Source: Dimorphilus gyrociliatus (lineage: Eukaryota; Animalia; Annelida). From it: DNA of 64,000 nucleotides. The stretch spans positions 1,751,700-1,815,699 of the forward strand of contig CAJFCJ010000019.1 in NCBI GenBank assembly GCA_904063045.1, written 5' to 3'. Below the pieces are notes generated by a model. The model was not told the origin of the DNA, made no database searches, and saw only the letters and a program-made list of their open reading frames with translations. Positions 1-14,400 of the stretch are shown here, in pieces (the first letter of the stretch is position 1; each line of letters starts with the position of its first letter). A program made the translations under genes and the position numbers.

Positions 1-2601
1 AACCATACTCCAAACTTGTGCTGTAATGATATAAAGATATAAATTTATAATCGTTAAATTTTAATGTAATAGATGGCATACATATAGCTTTAGAAGTAGT
101 TTCTTGGACAAGTTTGCCTGCCACTTCTGATGTTTTCCAAGTTCTATAAAAATATTAAATAAACAAATTATATTTCGTTAAAAATAAGAGAAGTATATAA
201 TTACTGAGATAATTTGTCTTTTGCACCCTTAACAAATTCAGGGAAATACGACTGCCCGTGATTCAAATGTCTAAGAGTTGAAATAATGGATATTATATTT
301 TGAGGGAAATATTAATAAACAGCATACTCGGGATTAATATGTAAAAGTATTGTTCTGGGATGATTTTGCCATATTTTAAAGTTATTTGTGAGTTGCCAGG
401 CTTTTACAAAAGATATGTTAAAATCGTCCATCGTAGATGCATCTAAATAAAGAATCTATATATAGTAAAAAAAGAATTGTTGATTACAAGTTACCATTGT
501 TTACTGCTACAGCGGCTAACGACAACAAATACATTTTAAATTGATGTCTTAGCCAATCTTCACTTCCTTGCCAATCTAAACAAATAAATAAGATAATTAT
601 ACTACTTTTCTATTTTATGGGAAATTATAAAAAGAAAAACAAGAAAACCTCTTTCAAATTGCTGAAAAGATGAATTTTCTCTTGTAATTCTTAAGATCAT
701 ATCCACAAACTTTTTATCGGCACTTGTTGGTTGAGTAAGTTTCTCTAGCTCCTTGTTAGTAAATTTTAATTCCACTTTGTCATTCTTTATCTAAATAAAT
801 CAAGTGTAAAGTTTAATATAAAGAAAGAAATTGATTAGATCGATAGGATTATCGATTGAAAAGCTTTACGTACTTCGACAAGAGCATCATAATGCTTTGT
901 ATCCATTTTGAACACTTGATTAGTAGCACCGGCCCAATAGCACTTTGTTGTAGAACTTTTAAGAGTTTCCAGGTTGTGTAGAGAGCAATATGGAAAACAG
1001 AGTCGATTTTCGGAAAAAATTTTTAAAGGGAAGCCAAATTTACTAAAGTGTAAATTTTCAGCTGCTTGATCGTCATTTAACTGAGGACATTTATCATTTT
1101 CCAACCAATTTGACATAATTGCAGAATTAACATAGGATAGGGAATATTTTGCAGTATTTTCAAATATTTCAGAATCAGTAATAACTTGTTGACTAGATTC
1201 CTTGAAAGTATCTGACGAAATTTCACATATTTCATCATCTTTAGGTTTATCGTTAGGAATGTTTGAATCGATTTGATTTTCTTGAGATTCTGTTGACTCC
1301 GAAGAAGATTTTAAGATGATTTCTACAATTTCATCCCTTCGATCAGTTTCTTCTTCTATAGTTGTTTTTTTGTTTTTGTCGTAATTAGCTGCATCAGCAA
1401 GACCTTCCTCAAGAATTCCTATCACATAATATACAATTAGATTCAGTAACGTTTAGACTGAAATGCGAAGAAAATTACCTGGAACAAGAGACAAAATACA
1501 TAAAATATCACTGCAGAGACGATTACTCTCAATATTCGAAAAAAATAAAACTCTTTTTTCAATAAGCAACAGCTTGAATAATTGAATAATAAAAAATTTA
1601 TAATTATGAACCAGTTGGATGCAATTAAGTTCTAAAAAAAGAAAGATGTCACTTATAAAATATGGGTGAGAAATTGTCTTAATATATATACCTTGAAAGG
1701 GACTAGCATTATTTAGAGAGCTTCCAGAAAGTCCCATATTTACTTGATTATAGATAGTTTTAAGCCAATGAGTTGTTGAAAAGTTTTCATCAGCTATTTG
1801 TAACTCTTGAAAGTAAGCTTCCGTTAAAGGTTGTAAACATAGACGTATATGGCCAAATAAAGGCTTAATAAGTAGGGAAATAGAAAACAGAGTTAACCAC
1901 TGATACAAAATTTAAACAATATATATCTTATATATAAACCTTTGTGCTTAGGACACAGACTCCTTTAAGTACAGTATTCCTTGTGAACTTTTGCAGTTTG
2001 TTAATAATTTTCTAAAAGGTTTTATGAGAAACCATAAAAAGCGATTAATTAATTATTTTGTCCTTACTTACGGATACATCAATTTGCGAAAAACAAGATA
2101 CTCCATAAATAGAATTGTGATTTGTTTCAGAAATTCCTGGCAGGATGAAATATCTATGAAATAAAACAATGTATAGTGAATTTCATAATGATTTTCTATT
2201 TAACTAATTGATATATCAATTGTTTTGTATCAATTTATAATAAGCCGTTCTCATTAAACATTTATCTGTTTTGTAATATAGACAGATATTTTTAAATAAA
2301 AGCATAAATAATAAGCCTATATACTTACGACGTATCTGTACCTTCAGTTACTTTATGTGAGCCATCAGGAACTGCTAAATTCGGTAAATTAGTCCATTCA
2401 TTTGGCATAGAACTAATATCAAGTATATTTTCTTCATTGTCTTCGCCCTTAAATGGAGGATAACAGGCTTCCACCTTATAAGAAAAGTCATCTAAAAAAT
2501 TTTATCGAGCGATAAAGGAATTTACTGACAATTAGGCCCTTAGAATGGTCAAATTCGATTAACAATGCATAAAGAATAATGCTAGGACTCTTCTCGGACA
2601 T
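1..2601 (-). CDS. AVL9: AVL9/DENN-like late secretory pathway protein, multi-exon, 3' end runs off the window
   Basis: Spliced start MSEKSPSIILYALLIEFDHSKGLI|VEACYPP...EWTNLPNLAVPDGSH; LFKLLLIEKRVLFF, FGFPLKIF...YWAGATN and WQGSEDWLRHQF match AVL9 motifs. Confidence 0.85.
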
Positions 2602-2700
2602 CTCTAAACGGCACAATCAATAAAGTCTACTAAGATCGCTTTAAACGGGAATCAGTCTGCTATGAATTCATTTACATCGAAAAAGAATAACACTTGTTTA

Positions 2701-2739
2701 TGCGCATGCGTAAAATTGATTCAACCAATACGGCGGGAA
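2701..2739. promoter_or_regulatory. NRF1-like TGCGCATGCG + CCAAT + E2F-like GGCGGGAA module upstream of AVL9
   Basis: Motifs at 2701-2710, 2725-2729 and 2732-2739, 100 bp upstream of the AVL9 ATG; GC-rich motifs are rare in this background. Confidence 0.55.
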
Positions 2740-3575
2740 ATTCAACGCTTATGTGGTAATTTGATTTAAATATTTATGAATAGAGTGAAATATCTATAAT
2801 TAAAAGAAAGCCATGTCATAGGACATAGAAGGTCAATTTTCCAAAAACGTTCACATTTTAGATTACATAAGAGTATAAATTATGATTAATTTTAAAAGCT
2901 GTCTTCCGTATCCCATTTCGTTTATCATAATACTTAACATTAGATTTTACAGTTATAGACTCTACGACTATAGTTATCTTATTAGCAGAAGTTTTCGAAG
3001 TTATATTCCGTAAGCAAATATTTGATAGTTTCCTTAGGCTTGGTAAAGGATTGTCAAGTTTTCTATGATATTTTAATATGTATAATATCCTAACTATTCT
3101 ATTTACAAATATAAATGACAACTAGTTCTTTAGCATTATACTATAAATAGCCGTTTAGATAAACAATTATTAAGAGAAAGTGGATTATATTTATGGAATT
3201 GGTTAGATAATTGCCTGGAATTAAATATAGTAAAAAGAAGGAATATATCTCTATGTTATGTATACTTTTATCGTAAATATAGAATAGAATCGTTATACAA
3301 ATTTACAGTGCAAACAGTAGATATCCTCTGTAGAAAATGCTGGAAATTATACTATTCAAAAAGATGTTGAGATGATATAAACATCATAAATGCGAGTCTG
3401 TTATTCTAGAATATTATTATTGACAGATAGACTTGTAATTGTGGATTGCCACTCAATTTTTTTCAATCATTCGTTAATTAATGATAACACGTGCAAGTAT
3501 CTATTAAGATTACTTTTAAAATCGTAACCAATATCCTTTGTACTATTTTCAACGAAAAAGAGGAGAAAAGTTTCA

Positions 3576-3613
3576 TGCGCATGCGTATCGTAAATCTTGT
3601 GTTAGGGCGGGAA
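3576..3613. promoter_or_regulatory. Second NRF1-like + E2F-like module
   Basis: TGCGCATGCG 3576-3585 and GGCGGGAA 3606-3613, with almost the same spacing as the 2701 module. Confidence 0.45.
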
Positions 3614-4299
3614 GTGTAATTTTGTCAAATATGATAAAAAATAACAGCTAACTATGCTGTTGGATTAGTTAAATATATCTAAAATTTTAAAATCCCAATT
3701 AAAATAATAATATATAACTTCAATACGAAAACCATTATAAACCATCGCCTATCGAATTAGACTAGTGGTAATTTAGTCACTTTTGATATATTAAAGAACA
3801 ATTTTTAGGGTGATGGTTTTTAAAAAATTTTAAATATTAATTTAAGCTTGCTCTATATAACTATATGGAGAAGAATATATAAACAACGAGCTCTCAACTA
3901 TTACTCTATAAACTTAAACGATTAAAGTTTCAATCAAAAAGTCAATACTTTATATTAGTATATACAGTATATACAAATATATTAATCTTTTTTTTAAAAG
4001 AAGACAGAAAATGTAAATTTTTATTATTTTAGAAAATTTACATTTTCCGTTTGGAGTTCAAGCTACTAGAAAAAATTTTTAGATATTTGTTTCAAATAAG
4101 CGCAACTATAAAATTGAAATTAATTTTCATATCAGTCCACAATTATATGCGGAGCTATCATTTAAGTCAGCAATGGTAGGGAACCAGCCTTTAATGCAGA
4201 CGACACGAATTGAAAGAATATAGGGAAAATAAGCGCTCTGACAACAGGGCCAGAAATTGGAGGGAATTGACATTATCTAGTTATAAAATTGTATAAAAA

Positions 4300-4965
4300 A
4301 TGGCTGCTAATACAGAACAACAGCAACAAGCTGTCAGTGCTCTTCCGCTTCCTCCCAGTTTCTATGAAAACTATACAGATGAAAATGTGAAAAATCACCG
4401 GGCACCGCCACCTCCTCTGCCACCATCAGACCAAGAAGGTTACTCTTGTTTTGGAATGACCTTTAGCCAATCAAATGAGACTCCAATTGTCCCACCTTTG
4501 GAATCACAAAATGTGGAACGTCTTCATCCAGAAAGCTATGAGCATAAACGTGAATTGCTCAAGATGAACCACTCACTTCTCTGTGCCGTCCTTGATCTCC
4601 TTCACATTCTCGCATCATCAGCAGACAGTCCTCAAAGAGCGCAAAAGTTGGCAGATATATATCTCATTCTTATTCATATGCAACATCTTATAAACGAGCT
4701 TCGTCCAGTTCAAGCCAGAGATGCTCTTGCAGCTATGATGAGCCGACAAGTTGAGGCTACAAACAATGCTCTTTCGTCTGTTGCCAAAATAATAAATGAA
4801 GTAGCGAATATAGTAAACAGGTCATCTTCACCCCAAACTACTCATGTAAATGGACTTACAACAACAGAAGAAGAAAATGAGTTATATGAGTCGAATTCAA
4901 CGGATGTAAATCATCATTCACTTGCCTATCATAATCCATTATTTGAAAATATGGATTTGTTTTAA
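4300..4965 (+). CDS. MED7: Mediator subunit 7, single coding exon
   Basis: SALPLPPSFYENYT...PPPP...YSCFG...ELLKMNHSLL...HMQHLINELRPVQARD is the MED7 signature. Confidence 0.93.
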   Translation: MAANTEQQQQAVSALPLPPSFYENYTDENVKNHRAPPPPLPPSDQEGYSCFGMTFSQSNETPIVPPLESQNVERLHPESYEHKRELLKMNHSLLCAVLDLLHILASSADSPQRAQKLADIYLILIHMQHLINELRPVQARDALAAMMSRQVEATNNALSSVAKIINEVANIVNRSSSPQTTHVNGLTTTEEENELYESNSTDVNHHSLAYHNPLFENMDLF

Positions 4966-5411
4966 GCAAAAAAAAATACCAAAAAATACATTTTTCTTCA
5001 TCGTACCAAAGAGATAAGTGATTCGTAAAAAAACTGAGAAAATAGCTTAGAAAGTATGAAAGAAGGGAGGGAGAAATCTAGTTGGGATGTTATATAAACT
5101 ATGCAAAAAGAGAATGAAAGTTAATCTAATGAATGAGTGAAACAGTAGCAAAATCGCCTTAAATCGATATCGTCAATCTGCTTAACACTTGTTCAAAGCT
5201 ATACGTTTCTCTCTTTCTTTGATTGAACATTAACTTTATGATAGTTTCATTATATCAACAAAACTTTGTCACGAATATTTATATTTTTTTCCTCTTTTTT
5301 TATTAAAAAGAAAACCTTGGAAAAAGGAACTTCTTAAAATAATATAGTTACAGTTTTTGTTATTGAAAGTTAACTTAATTCGTTATTATTTATATTTATT
5401 AATAAAATAAT

Positions 5412-8400
5412 CTAACGGTTATTCGATGTATCAGACATAGGGGGTAACTGTTGGTTGCTATTTGCTGCAGGCGGCAAAACATGACCGCCTTTATGGCATA
5501 AAAGTGTTATTTCTTGTTTTAGAGCTTGGACTTCTTGAGCTTGCATTTGGACAAGTTGTATAAGCCTTTGCTTCTCTCTTTCGTCTTCTCCTCTGTCTGT
5601 TGCACCACTGGTTTGAGCAGCACCTCCTCCCATATGCTTCTGTCTATGATTCAAATCTTTCTCGTACTGTCTTCGTTCATCCTTTAACATGTTCATTTGA
5701 TCTAACCTATCAGTATTTTCTTTAATAGCTACGATTATTTCATCCTTTGCCTCTTGAATCCTATCATCCCACAATGAGAGTTCGTCGGCGCACCCACCCT
5801 CAGTTAATCGGAGCTTTTCTTTCAACTCCTCAATCGACCTATTAACTGTCACTTGCTCCAAAATTTCCATGTCAACAATTTTACCAAATTTAGCAATCAT
5901 TCTCTTATTGCATTCTTCGTCTAAATCAACGATCCTCTTCTCAGAAGTTCTTCTTTCTTTAATTAGATCCTTGTGTTCGCGTTTGGCATCTCTTTGTTGT
6001 TTCTTTTGAGCTTGCTTTTCCAACTCTAACTCTTTTATACGATGTTGCAATTTAACAACTCCCAAGCGCTCAAAAATGAGACAAGGTGTTAAGTCTGTTA
6101 AAAGAGATAAATCCTAATAAAACTCTCTGAAATATTTGTTCAAGAAGGAAGATGATCATGCAAGTAGAGAAAAATTAATGGAATGAAAAAAATAAAACTA
6201 AAAAGAGCTAAATTAAAGATAATCATAAAGTGATAGAAATATTTCTTGATAAATAAATATTTTTGATGAATCTGTCTAATCATTTTCTGTAATGTTATTA
6301 ATACTTATCATAAAAGGTTTTAACATCTTCAAGTTTAGCATCTGCTTATCCGTTAACATTTTAATGATATCAAGATATTTAAGAAGAGATTTGTTAATAG
6401 AAGGATACTAACCGGCTGGAATAGTTGAGTTCATGTGATGTTGAACTTGGTGTAGCTTAAGCGATACAACAACGTCGAACTCGTTGATTTTTCTTTGTTT
6501 CTCTTGTTGAAATGCTTCCAATTCGTTTTCAGCATTCTTTAAACCTTGTTCAATTACTTTTGCTTTTTTTTGTAAAGTATCCAATTCTTTCTTATAAGAG
6601 TCCATATTTTTCTTTTCCTCAGCAACTTCCTCTTCTAGATCTAATCTCTTCTCTCTCAGTGAACAAGTATTATCGTAGAGAGTTTGATCGCATTGAGGAG
6701 GACAAACATCTAAATCATATCCTCCGCCTTCGCTTTCATCATCCTCGTCCGACTCTTCAAAGTCCGAATCATCAGAATCGCTTTCAGAATCTTCGTCGCT
6801 ATCACCATCTCCATCGGATGCCTTAGCCTTCTTCCTCTTTATTCTCTTCTTAAATACTTTAGTAAGATAATCGGCAAATCTATTATTTTCGCCCAAAGAT
6901 TGTAGGAATGTAGCGTACAATTGTTTTTCTTTTTCACTAAGATTTTCCAAATCTTTTTTCTTCTTGGTTAATCTTGTTTGGCAATCGCTTATCTTTGTTT
7001 GCATGTCAATTTTCTCGGTATTTTTCATCTCTACTTTATCTGCCAATATATTTTCTTGCTTCTCAAATTCTTTGAGTAATTGCAATTCTTCAAACAAGGT
7101 TAATAATCTCAAATCAGCATTTTTCAGTGTAACATCTAATTCAAACTTTTCATGTCTTATTGTTCTTAGTTTGGCATCGAAATTACGAATGAGATAACCG
7201 ATATCCTTTAAAATCTTATCTTGTTCATATTTTAATCTGAAAGAAACAATTGATTAAATCAATTATCATTAATCTAGGACAAGAATTGTTAGAATTACCT
7301 AATATTCTTCATTTCTAATAGTTCTCTTTCAAGATCTGTTAATTGACTTTCATCTGTGGCTTGAATATCGTAGAAAAACTCTGATGGAGTGACTGTTTCT
7401 GTTCTTGTCATTTCCCTCCTAGGTGTCATTTGAGGTGTAGGTAATCTGACCGGTTTTGAAGGAGGCTGTACGAATCCTGCTGCCGCCATACCTGTACCAA
7501 CTGGTAAACCTGCTCTTTTTCTTTTCTCTGCCATTTCTTCCTTAAAAGACAGAAGGGTTTCTTCATTGTATTCGTATTTCTTTTCGGGAATCTCTTCATC
7601 GTCCATTGTAGGTATTGGTGGAATATCTTTAATTTCATCAACCTTCAAATGCTGTTGAACATTTTCCAATTGCTGTACCAAATACTCAATTCTTTGTATA
7701 GTTTCAATTTTTGATTGTCTCAATTGTAAAACTTTGTCATTGAATTTCTTTTTGAGGTCATACATCTAGATAAAACAGTGTTTACAGTTTATTAATATAT
7801 ATTAGTTAAATTCTATATTATATTTACCAATTGTTTTAATACTAATAAACGTCCTTTCGCCTTTAATGCAGTCATACGAAGATGAGGTGGTACAATGTAG
7901 GACTGTGAACTTTTTAATTTATAATCTCCCATGTTTTCTTTAGCATATTTAATCGCCGCGACATCCTCAGGGTCTTCCCAATCATCACTTGGTTTATTCT
8001 TAAAAAGTTCTTCCCACTCTAATTTTCTTTCTGATCGCTTCTTTTTCTTTTCGTCAACTCTTGCCAACTGTTTTAACACCCTTTCACCAACACTTCCAGT
8101 TAATGTTGTAACATGAGCCTTTTTATCTTCTTCCTGTTCTTCTTTAGCTTGTTCTTTGCCTTCTTCTTCTTCAAGTAAAGCAGTTTCCGTTGGATCTTTT
8201 GAAAGTTCTTCTTTAAGGGTAGTTGTTGTTCTCATCTTTTCAACTTCTGCTTGGACCATATGGAAGGTTTCTGACAGTTTGGCTGTTCTTAGAGTAGCAA
8301 CTTGATGACTAAAGTTAAACGATTTCACAACAATTCTCTCACAATCTACATCGTCTTTAAACTTTTTACGTAATTTCTCAAGAGCAATACGTTGCTTTTC

Positions 8401-11400
8401 TTCCTCCCAAGCCATTTCTTTGTGAACCATACTAATCTTCTCCTCTGTTTGCTTGTGTAGTTCTTTCTTAATTTCTGGATCCATTTCAAATTCGGTTCTA
8501 TCCAATTGAAGATGTTTAGGTAATTGATCATTTCGTTCGATGAGACCTCTAAAATGGTCTCTTAAAGTATCAATTATAGATCTAACACTATTCTTTTTCT
8601 GTTCTGCCAGAGCCATCATCTTATCATATTCAGCTTTTTGCTTGGCATCCTCAATACTGTAAGCATTTGCGTCTTCTATATCTGTGCCCTTCTTATCGTC
8701 TGATAATTTCGCACTTGGAATTTTCGCCTTATTCTCTATAACTCGTTTCTCAACTGTAGCATCATCCATCAATTCATAGGAGAAGAAGTTTCCATCTTTG
8801 CCGACTGTAAAAAGGAAGCTTCCGTCAAAGCTTACGTCTATATAGGTGATTTGTCCATATGTATTGTCGTGCATGCTTAGCTGCCAAAAAGGATCAATAT
8901 CTGCCAAGTTTGCATCTTTGACTGTGTAGATTCGAACTGCACCATTTTCCATTCCAATAATTATTTGTTGTCCAGTTTTACCGATTTTTACAGAAGATAA
9001 GGGAATATCATCTGACTCTTTTACTGGTATTGACTGGATTGGTTTATAAAGATCATCTTTATCTATTTTAGCTTTCTCATCCTCTTCCATAAATTTATAT
9101 TTATAGAGGTAGCCAGCATCAAAATCTCCCATTGATAACCAAAATTCTCCTTCTTCTTTACCATAGCTTCCAAAAAGTATTGGACTAGGTTCTTTAGGAA
9201 TATAGGGTTCCCAAGCTTCCTCTTCCTCTCTTCTCTTCCTTTCCTCTTCTTCTTTAGCTTTTCTCTTCTCTTCTTCAGCCTCCTCATCAACTTGGTCCGG
9301 ATCTTCTAGACCCCTCTCAATACGAATTCGTCGTTCTTCTTCTTCCTTTTTCCTTGCTTCCTCCTCTTCCTTTCTCCTCCTCTCTAATTCTTCTTCGTGC
9401 CTAAGTCTTGATTTAACACTTTTAAACTCTTGAGTTCTAACTTTCAAACCAGATATTTCAAAGGTTTTTGAAGTATCATAATTTCCAACTTCAGGGCAAG
9501 CTACTTCCAACACTTGACCCTCCAAACAGCAGACTAGCAAGGTATTCTTTTTCTAGAAGGTTAAAGTGAACTATATGAGCATAGTTAAGCTAAATGAAAA
9601 ACGAAAAAAAATCATACGAAAGATCCAGGAGACCATTCTATATATTTAACTGGTGACGGAGTCTTAATAAATCCAATTGCATCAAAAGTATTACCAATAT
9701 GCATAAAGAAAACGGTAGAATCTTCACTCTGTTATGTAATCCTGATAAGTATTCATGGCTAAAATATCTTTCAAATTATATTACCCCTGTGGCAAAAACT
9801 TCTCCAGTACTATCAACTGCCATGCAATTTACAGCTGCCGTGTGAGGCTTGAAAGCTTGTTTTAGGGCCAATTCATTTAAATCTTTCTGTTTCCTGTTTA
9901 AAATAAAAACAATCAATGATACAGAATTTATGCAAATAACAAAATTTAGCATCAGTTTACCTTCCATGAATATCTATACTCTCTCTCTGTTGAAATGCAA
10001 ATAACCTGACAACTCCATCAGCGAAACCTGCAGCTATTGTTGATCCTTTTGGGTCTACAATTTTCGGCATCCAGAGAATTGAATGTCCGGACATAGAATA
10101 AGCAGATTCGCATATTTGCTGTTTGCTTAGATAATCAATAATACGAACGGTTTCTGAGTTGGGGAAAAAGTAGGATAATGACTTTTATGATGAAAAACTT
10201 TTAAGACAAACTTACTATCTGCTCCTGTAGTAGCAACAAGATGTGATACTGGTGATGCGGATACACCAAGAATTTCTCCTGCGTGATAAGACATTATTTT
10301 CTCGGGAGCATGGGATGTAAATGAGAAAGACAAATCTAATTTCCATATTCCACCATTACCATCTTGAGCATACCAGATAACAGAATCATCTTCACTAACT
10401 GTTTTCACCAAATGCCTAAGATGGACATGATTTCCAACTCTAAGTTCATTCATTGGTTCCATTTCAAAAATAGCTGCCTCATCGCTAACATCAGCCGTAT
10501 CAATTGTTTCAAAATTCCATACTCTAATGAAACCATCAAGTCCAACAGTTATTAATTCACCTTCGTCCATAATTATTTGCTGAATTGGTCCAACATGGCA
10601 AGGTTTCTTATTCTTTCTACATATTTCCACTTTAATTAAACCACCATCCCATAATAGCATATTACCCCATTCGCATCCAGATAGAACTTTTCCATCAGGA
10701 AGTTCAACATACCCTTCAACATCAGAAATTTCTGTTTTCCCAAATTTTCCAAGTTGACCTTGCAGCTTCAATCCAGTAAACGTTTTAGCCATTCTCCAAA
10801 ATCTCACATGACCTGTTCCGGCTGACGTAAGTTGACCGGGAAGTTCTGAATTGAAAGAGACCCGAAATACATCTTGCGAGAAGGCTTTTGATCGGAGAAC
10901 AGTTCTCTCATTCTTCCAATCCCAAAGTGTTAACATATAATCTGGATCGCCACCCACAGAAGCTAATAATTTTCCATCAGGGCTAAATTAACGTAAACAG
11001 ATAAGTATAATTCACCAAATAGTAATTTCTAAAATAAATGACTTACTTGAATTCAACATAGGCGTATGACTGCTCAGTTCCCCCTCTTAAAATTCTCTTC
11101 ATCTTGAGAGAAGGCCATTCGTAAATAATAATTCGAGGACCAACGCCCTTTTCCGCAACAGCGATAAAAGTTTTTTGCGGATGTACCTACAGTTGTTACA
11201 ATAATGGTTGAAAGCATTTCTTTAGAAGATACAAATATAACTATTAATAAACTTACTGCAACATGTCCTATCGCTCCACCAGAAGTACTCCTTATATATT
11301 GCAGTTCTTTTGTATTGATATCTATAATTTGCGCGAGGTTACCTGCAACCCAAATAAGATGGTTGTCGTCTAATAAATTCAAATTGCACCTCTTATGGCA

Positions 11401-14400
11401 ATCGTAACCGAACGAATGACTGAAAATGATTTAATATAATTTATTATTTTAGTATTATATGCTCGAATACTCACTATAATTTCAGCATATCCGCTGGTAA
11501 GCCTGAACCTTCTGTTACCTTTGCAGAACTTATATACTCGTCTGCTTCGTAAAAAAAGTCTGCTGGTATAGCTTCTTCATCATCATCTCCTTTTGAATGC
11601 GGCCGACTAGCTTCGCTGACAATCTCATACTCGTCTCCTCTTATATTGGGATCTTGTCCATCTACAGGGCCTGACTTTTCCTCTTTGTCCTCTTCAGCTT
11701 CATCATCTGTTACCCATACTGTTTCCCATTCCTCGTCGTCCTCTGCCTCATCCTTCTTCTCAAGTGATTCCTCACTTGGCTTCTCTGCTTCAGCATCCTC
11801 GATAGTTTTTGTCTCTACTTTTTCGCTTTCACCGGTTGTCTGTTCGTCAGTTGAAGGCTGTTCTTTCACTTTTTTTCTACGAACTTGCTTCATCTTCTTT
11901 TCAACTGGGCGTTCTTCTTTAGTTTGATCTTCTGATTCTGTAAATATAAGATATATATATACATAAGTAGAATACAGATTATTTCTTATCTAACTAACGT
12001 TTTTGAGAAACCTCTGTATTCTCTTCATTTTGCTCTCTTAGTTCTTCTTTCTTATCTTCGACATTCTCTTCTTTAGTATCTTCAGTATTTTCTTTGATAT
12101 CAGTTTTCTCTTCTGGCTTGTCCTCGGTATTTTCGATTGGTTTCTCTGCTGCCTCTGTGGTTTCTTCACTAACTTTTTCATCATCTTTCTTATCTTCTTC
12201 GCTAGTGTCTACAGCTTGCTTGGGTTCTTTTTCTTCCTCCTCTTTCTCATCCTCTTTTTTAGTTTCAGTGTTTTCTTCCTCTTTCTCTTCCTCTGCTGTT
12301 GGTTCTTTTCCTTCTTCAACTTTCTCTTCCTCTTCTTTAGGTTCATCAGGCTCCTAAGAGACGAAAACCGTATTACAACAAATTCCTAAAGTGTACAATT
12401 GAAATACCTGAGGTTCGGCAGATTTCTCCTCTTTAGTTTCCTCTGTCACCTCTTCTTTTGCGTCTTCTGGTTTAGTCTCATCTGTCTTCAGGTCTGAGCT
12501 TTCAGCTGCAGGCGCCTGTTCTTCTTTATCTTTGTCATCAGATTCTGTTTTAGCTTCACCGGAATTAGTGGCTTCTTCCGGTTCTTTTACATTTTCATCA
12601 TTTTTTGCAGACGTTTGATCAGCATCATCTGTATCAGCTTTCGTTTCAGCCGAATCATCTTTATTTTCAGCTTCATTTTCAGCAGGTGCCTGAACATCAG
12701 GCTTTACTTCACCATCTTCTTTGGTCTCTTCTGTATTTTGAGCTTCTTGTTTGGGATCCTCCTGAGGTTTTTCCTGTTCTTGTTCAGCTGGTGGAGCTTC
12801 GGAAGCTCGACCTGAGTGTTCATGAGGGTCAGGAACATCTGTATTATATATAAATGGACATTGAACTATCTAGGGATAAAAAAGAAGGGAGCCACGAAAA
12901 TCAATTCTGTCTATTATAAACCATATCACAAAAGCATATTCCAAACAAAGTAAAAAAAGCTTCTTATGCGCATATATAGTGCAAAGTAAAAAATGTACGT
13001 GCTATTTATTAACAAACGTAAAGCATAATAAACAAACCTTTAATCGAATCATCAACTGGATTGTTTATTAATTAAGTGATTGATTAATTATCTTATAAAG
13101 AAATTTTCTAAAATCTTAACTATATGATATTTTTTCATGATTGGAGATCATTTAAAATATAGGCTATCTTTTAAAATATCAATAAATTAATCTATAAATT
13201 TAATAGAAGAAACTTACCTGGCGTTTTTTCCCTTTCAATAGTATTTTCAACATGTTCTGTAACTCCTCCATTATCTATATTTGTCAAAAAGTAATTTCAT
13301 TTAATTCATCAATGTTAACTTGTTGTACACTAATCAATTAAGTCGAATAATTAAGCAGTGGTGCACAAAAAGTGTGATTAAAAAAAGTAATAGAAGGTGT
13401 TCTTTGATCGGTTGTGTTCATATAGTCTCATAGAAGTTCTATCTTTGAATAAAGATAGAGAGAACAGGATAGTTTTTCAATTTTCTTGCATGCATAGAAC
13501 AAAATATAAAAAATTAAATAAAAGAGTTAATTGATCACCTAATACAGGATAGCAATTAGATGTTTCTAAAGCATAAAATTCTTTTGCTTCATAGCAAAAT
13601 CAATAATTATAAAAAAATCAATAAAATTTGGAAGTTTAAGAGTTTTTGGAGGATTAGGCCTGAAATTTCGGCTACCTTCAACTTTTTTGCTTGTTGATTT
13701 GGGTCTAATATCATCTTCTTTTGTTAGATTTGTCTCATTATTTGTTTTCTCTGGTATCTCATTTGGACTAGCAAGCCTTGGTGAGTTTTCTCTGTTTTCT
13801 TCTGCGCCATAAAATTTCCCTATGTCCGAATAGTCGGTATCAAAAATCTTCTTTTTCTCATCGGGAATTGAAAGTTTGTCTTTGATATTTTTTGAACTTT
13901 TGCTTTTTATCAGTTCATCTGACTCAGATGCAGCTTTTACCTCGGGAATATTTCCCTCGTCTCTCACTTTTTCCCCTGCATCCAAAATGTCTCTACTATC
14001 AACTGATTCTCTGCCTAAATTACCCTCGGAATCCGTTAGGTCACTAGATTGTAGCGTCTCTTGATCGAAGCTTTGTGAGTGAGCGTCCAAGGAGATTTGG
14101 TGTTTCAATTTATATCGACGAATAGCTTCTGCCTTCAATTGGGCAGTTGCTTTTTTAAAAGTGTATTTAGGCTTTGACTTGGTACTGGATTCGTCAGAAA
14201 GTGCTTCTTTATCTAAGTGTACATTCCACGGAAAATAAAAAATTTGCAAATAAACCTAATTTTATTGGGCGTACGTTTTCGTTTTATCGCTATTTAACCA
14301 GTATGAATTAAAATACCTAAATTTCCATGGAAAAAGTTGAATGTTCATATGAGGAATCTTTTTTAAAAAGCTGGAAATTTTCATCATAATAGAAACTAAA

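Noticed and set aside
2858-3121. 87-aa minus-strand ORF
   Set aside because: Non-ATG start, AT-biased composition, no recognisable motif or flanking exons
6398-6412. GTATCCTT near a CFAP44 donor
   Set aside because: The in-frame donor is GTTAGT 4 nt upstream; using GTATCCTT breaks the frame
11646-12853. Ser/Phe-rich plus-strand ORFs
   Set aside because: Antisense shadows of the Glu/Lys-rich CFAP44 exons
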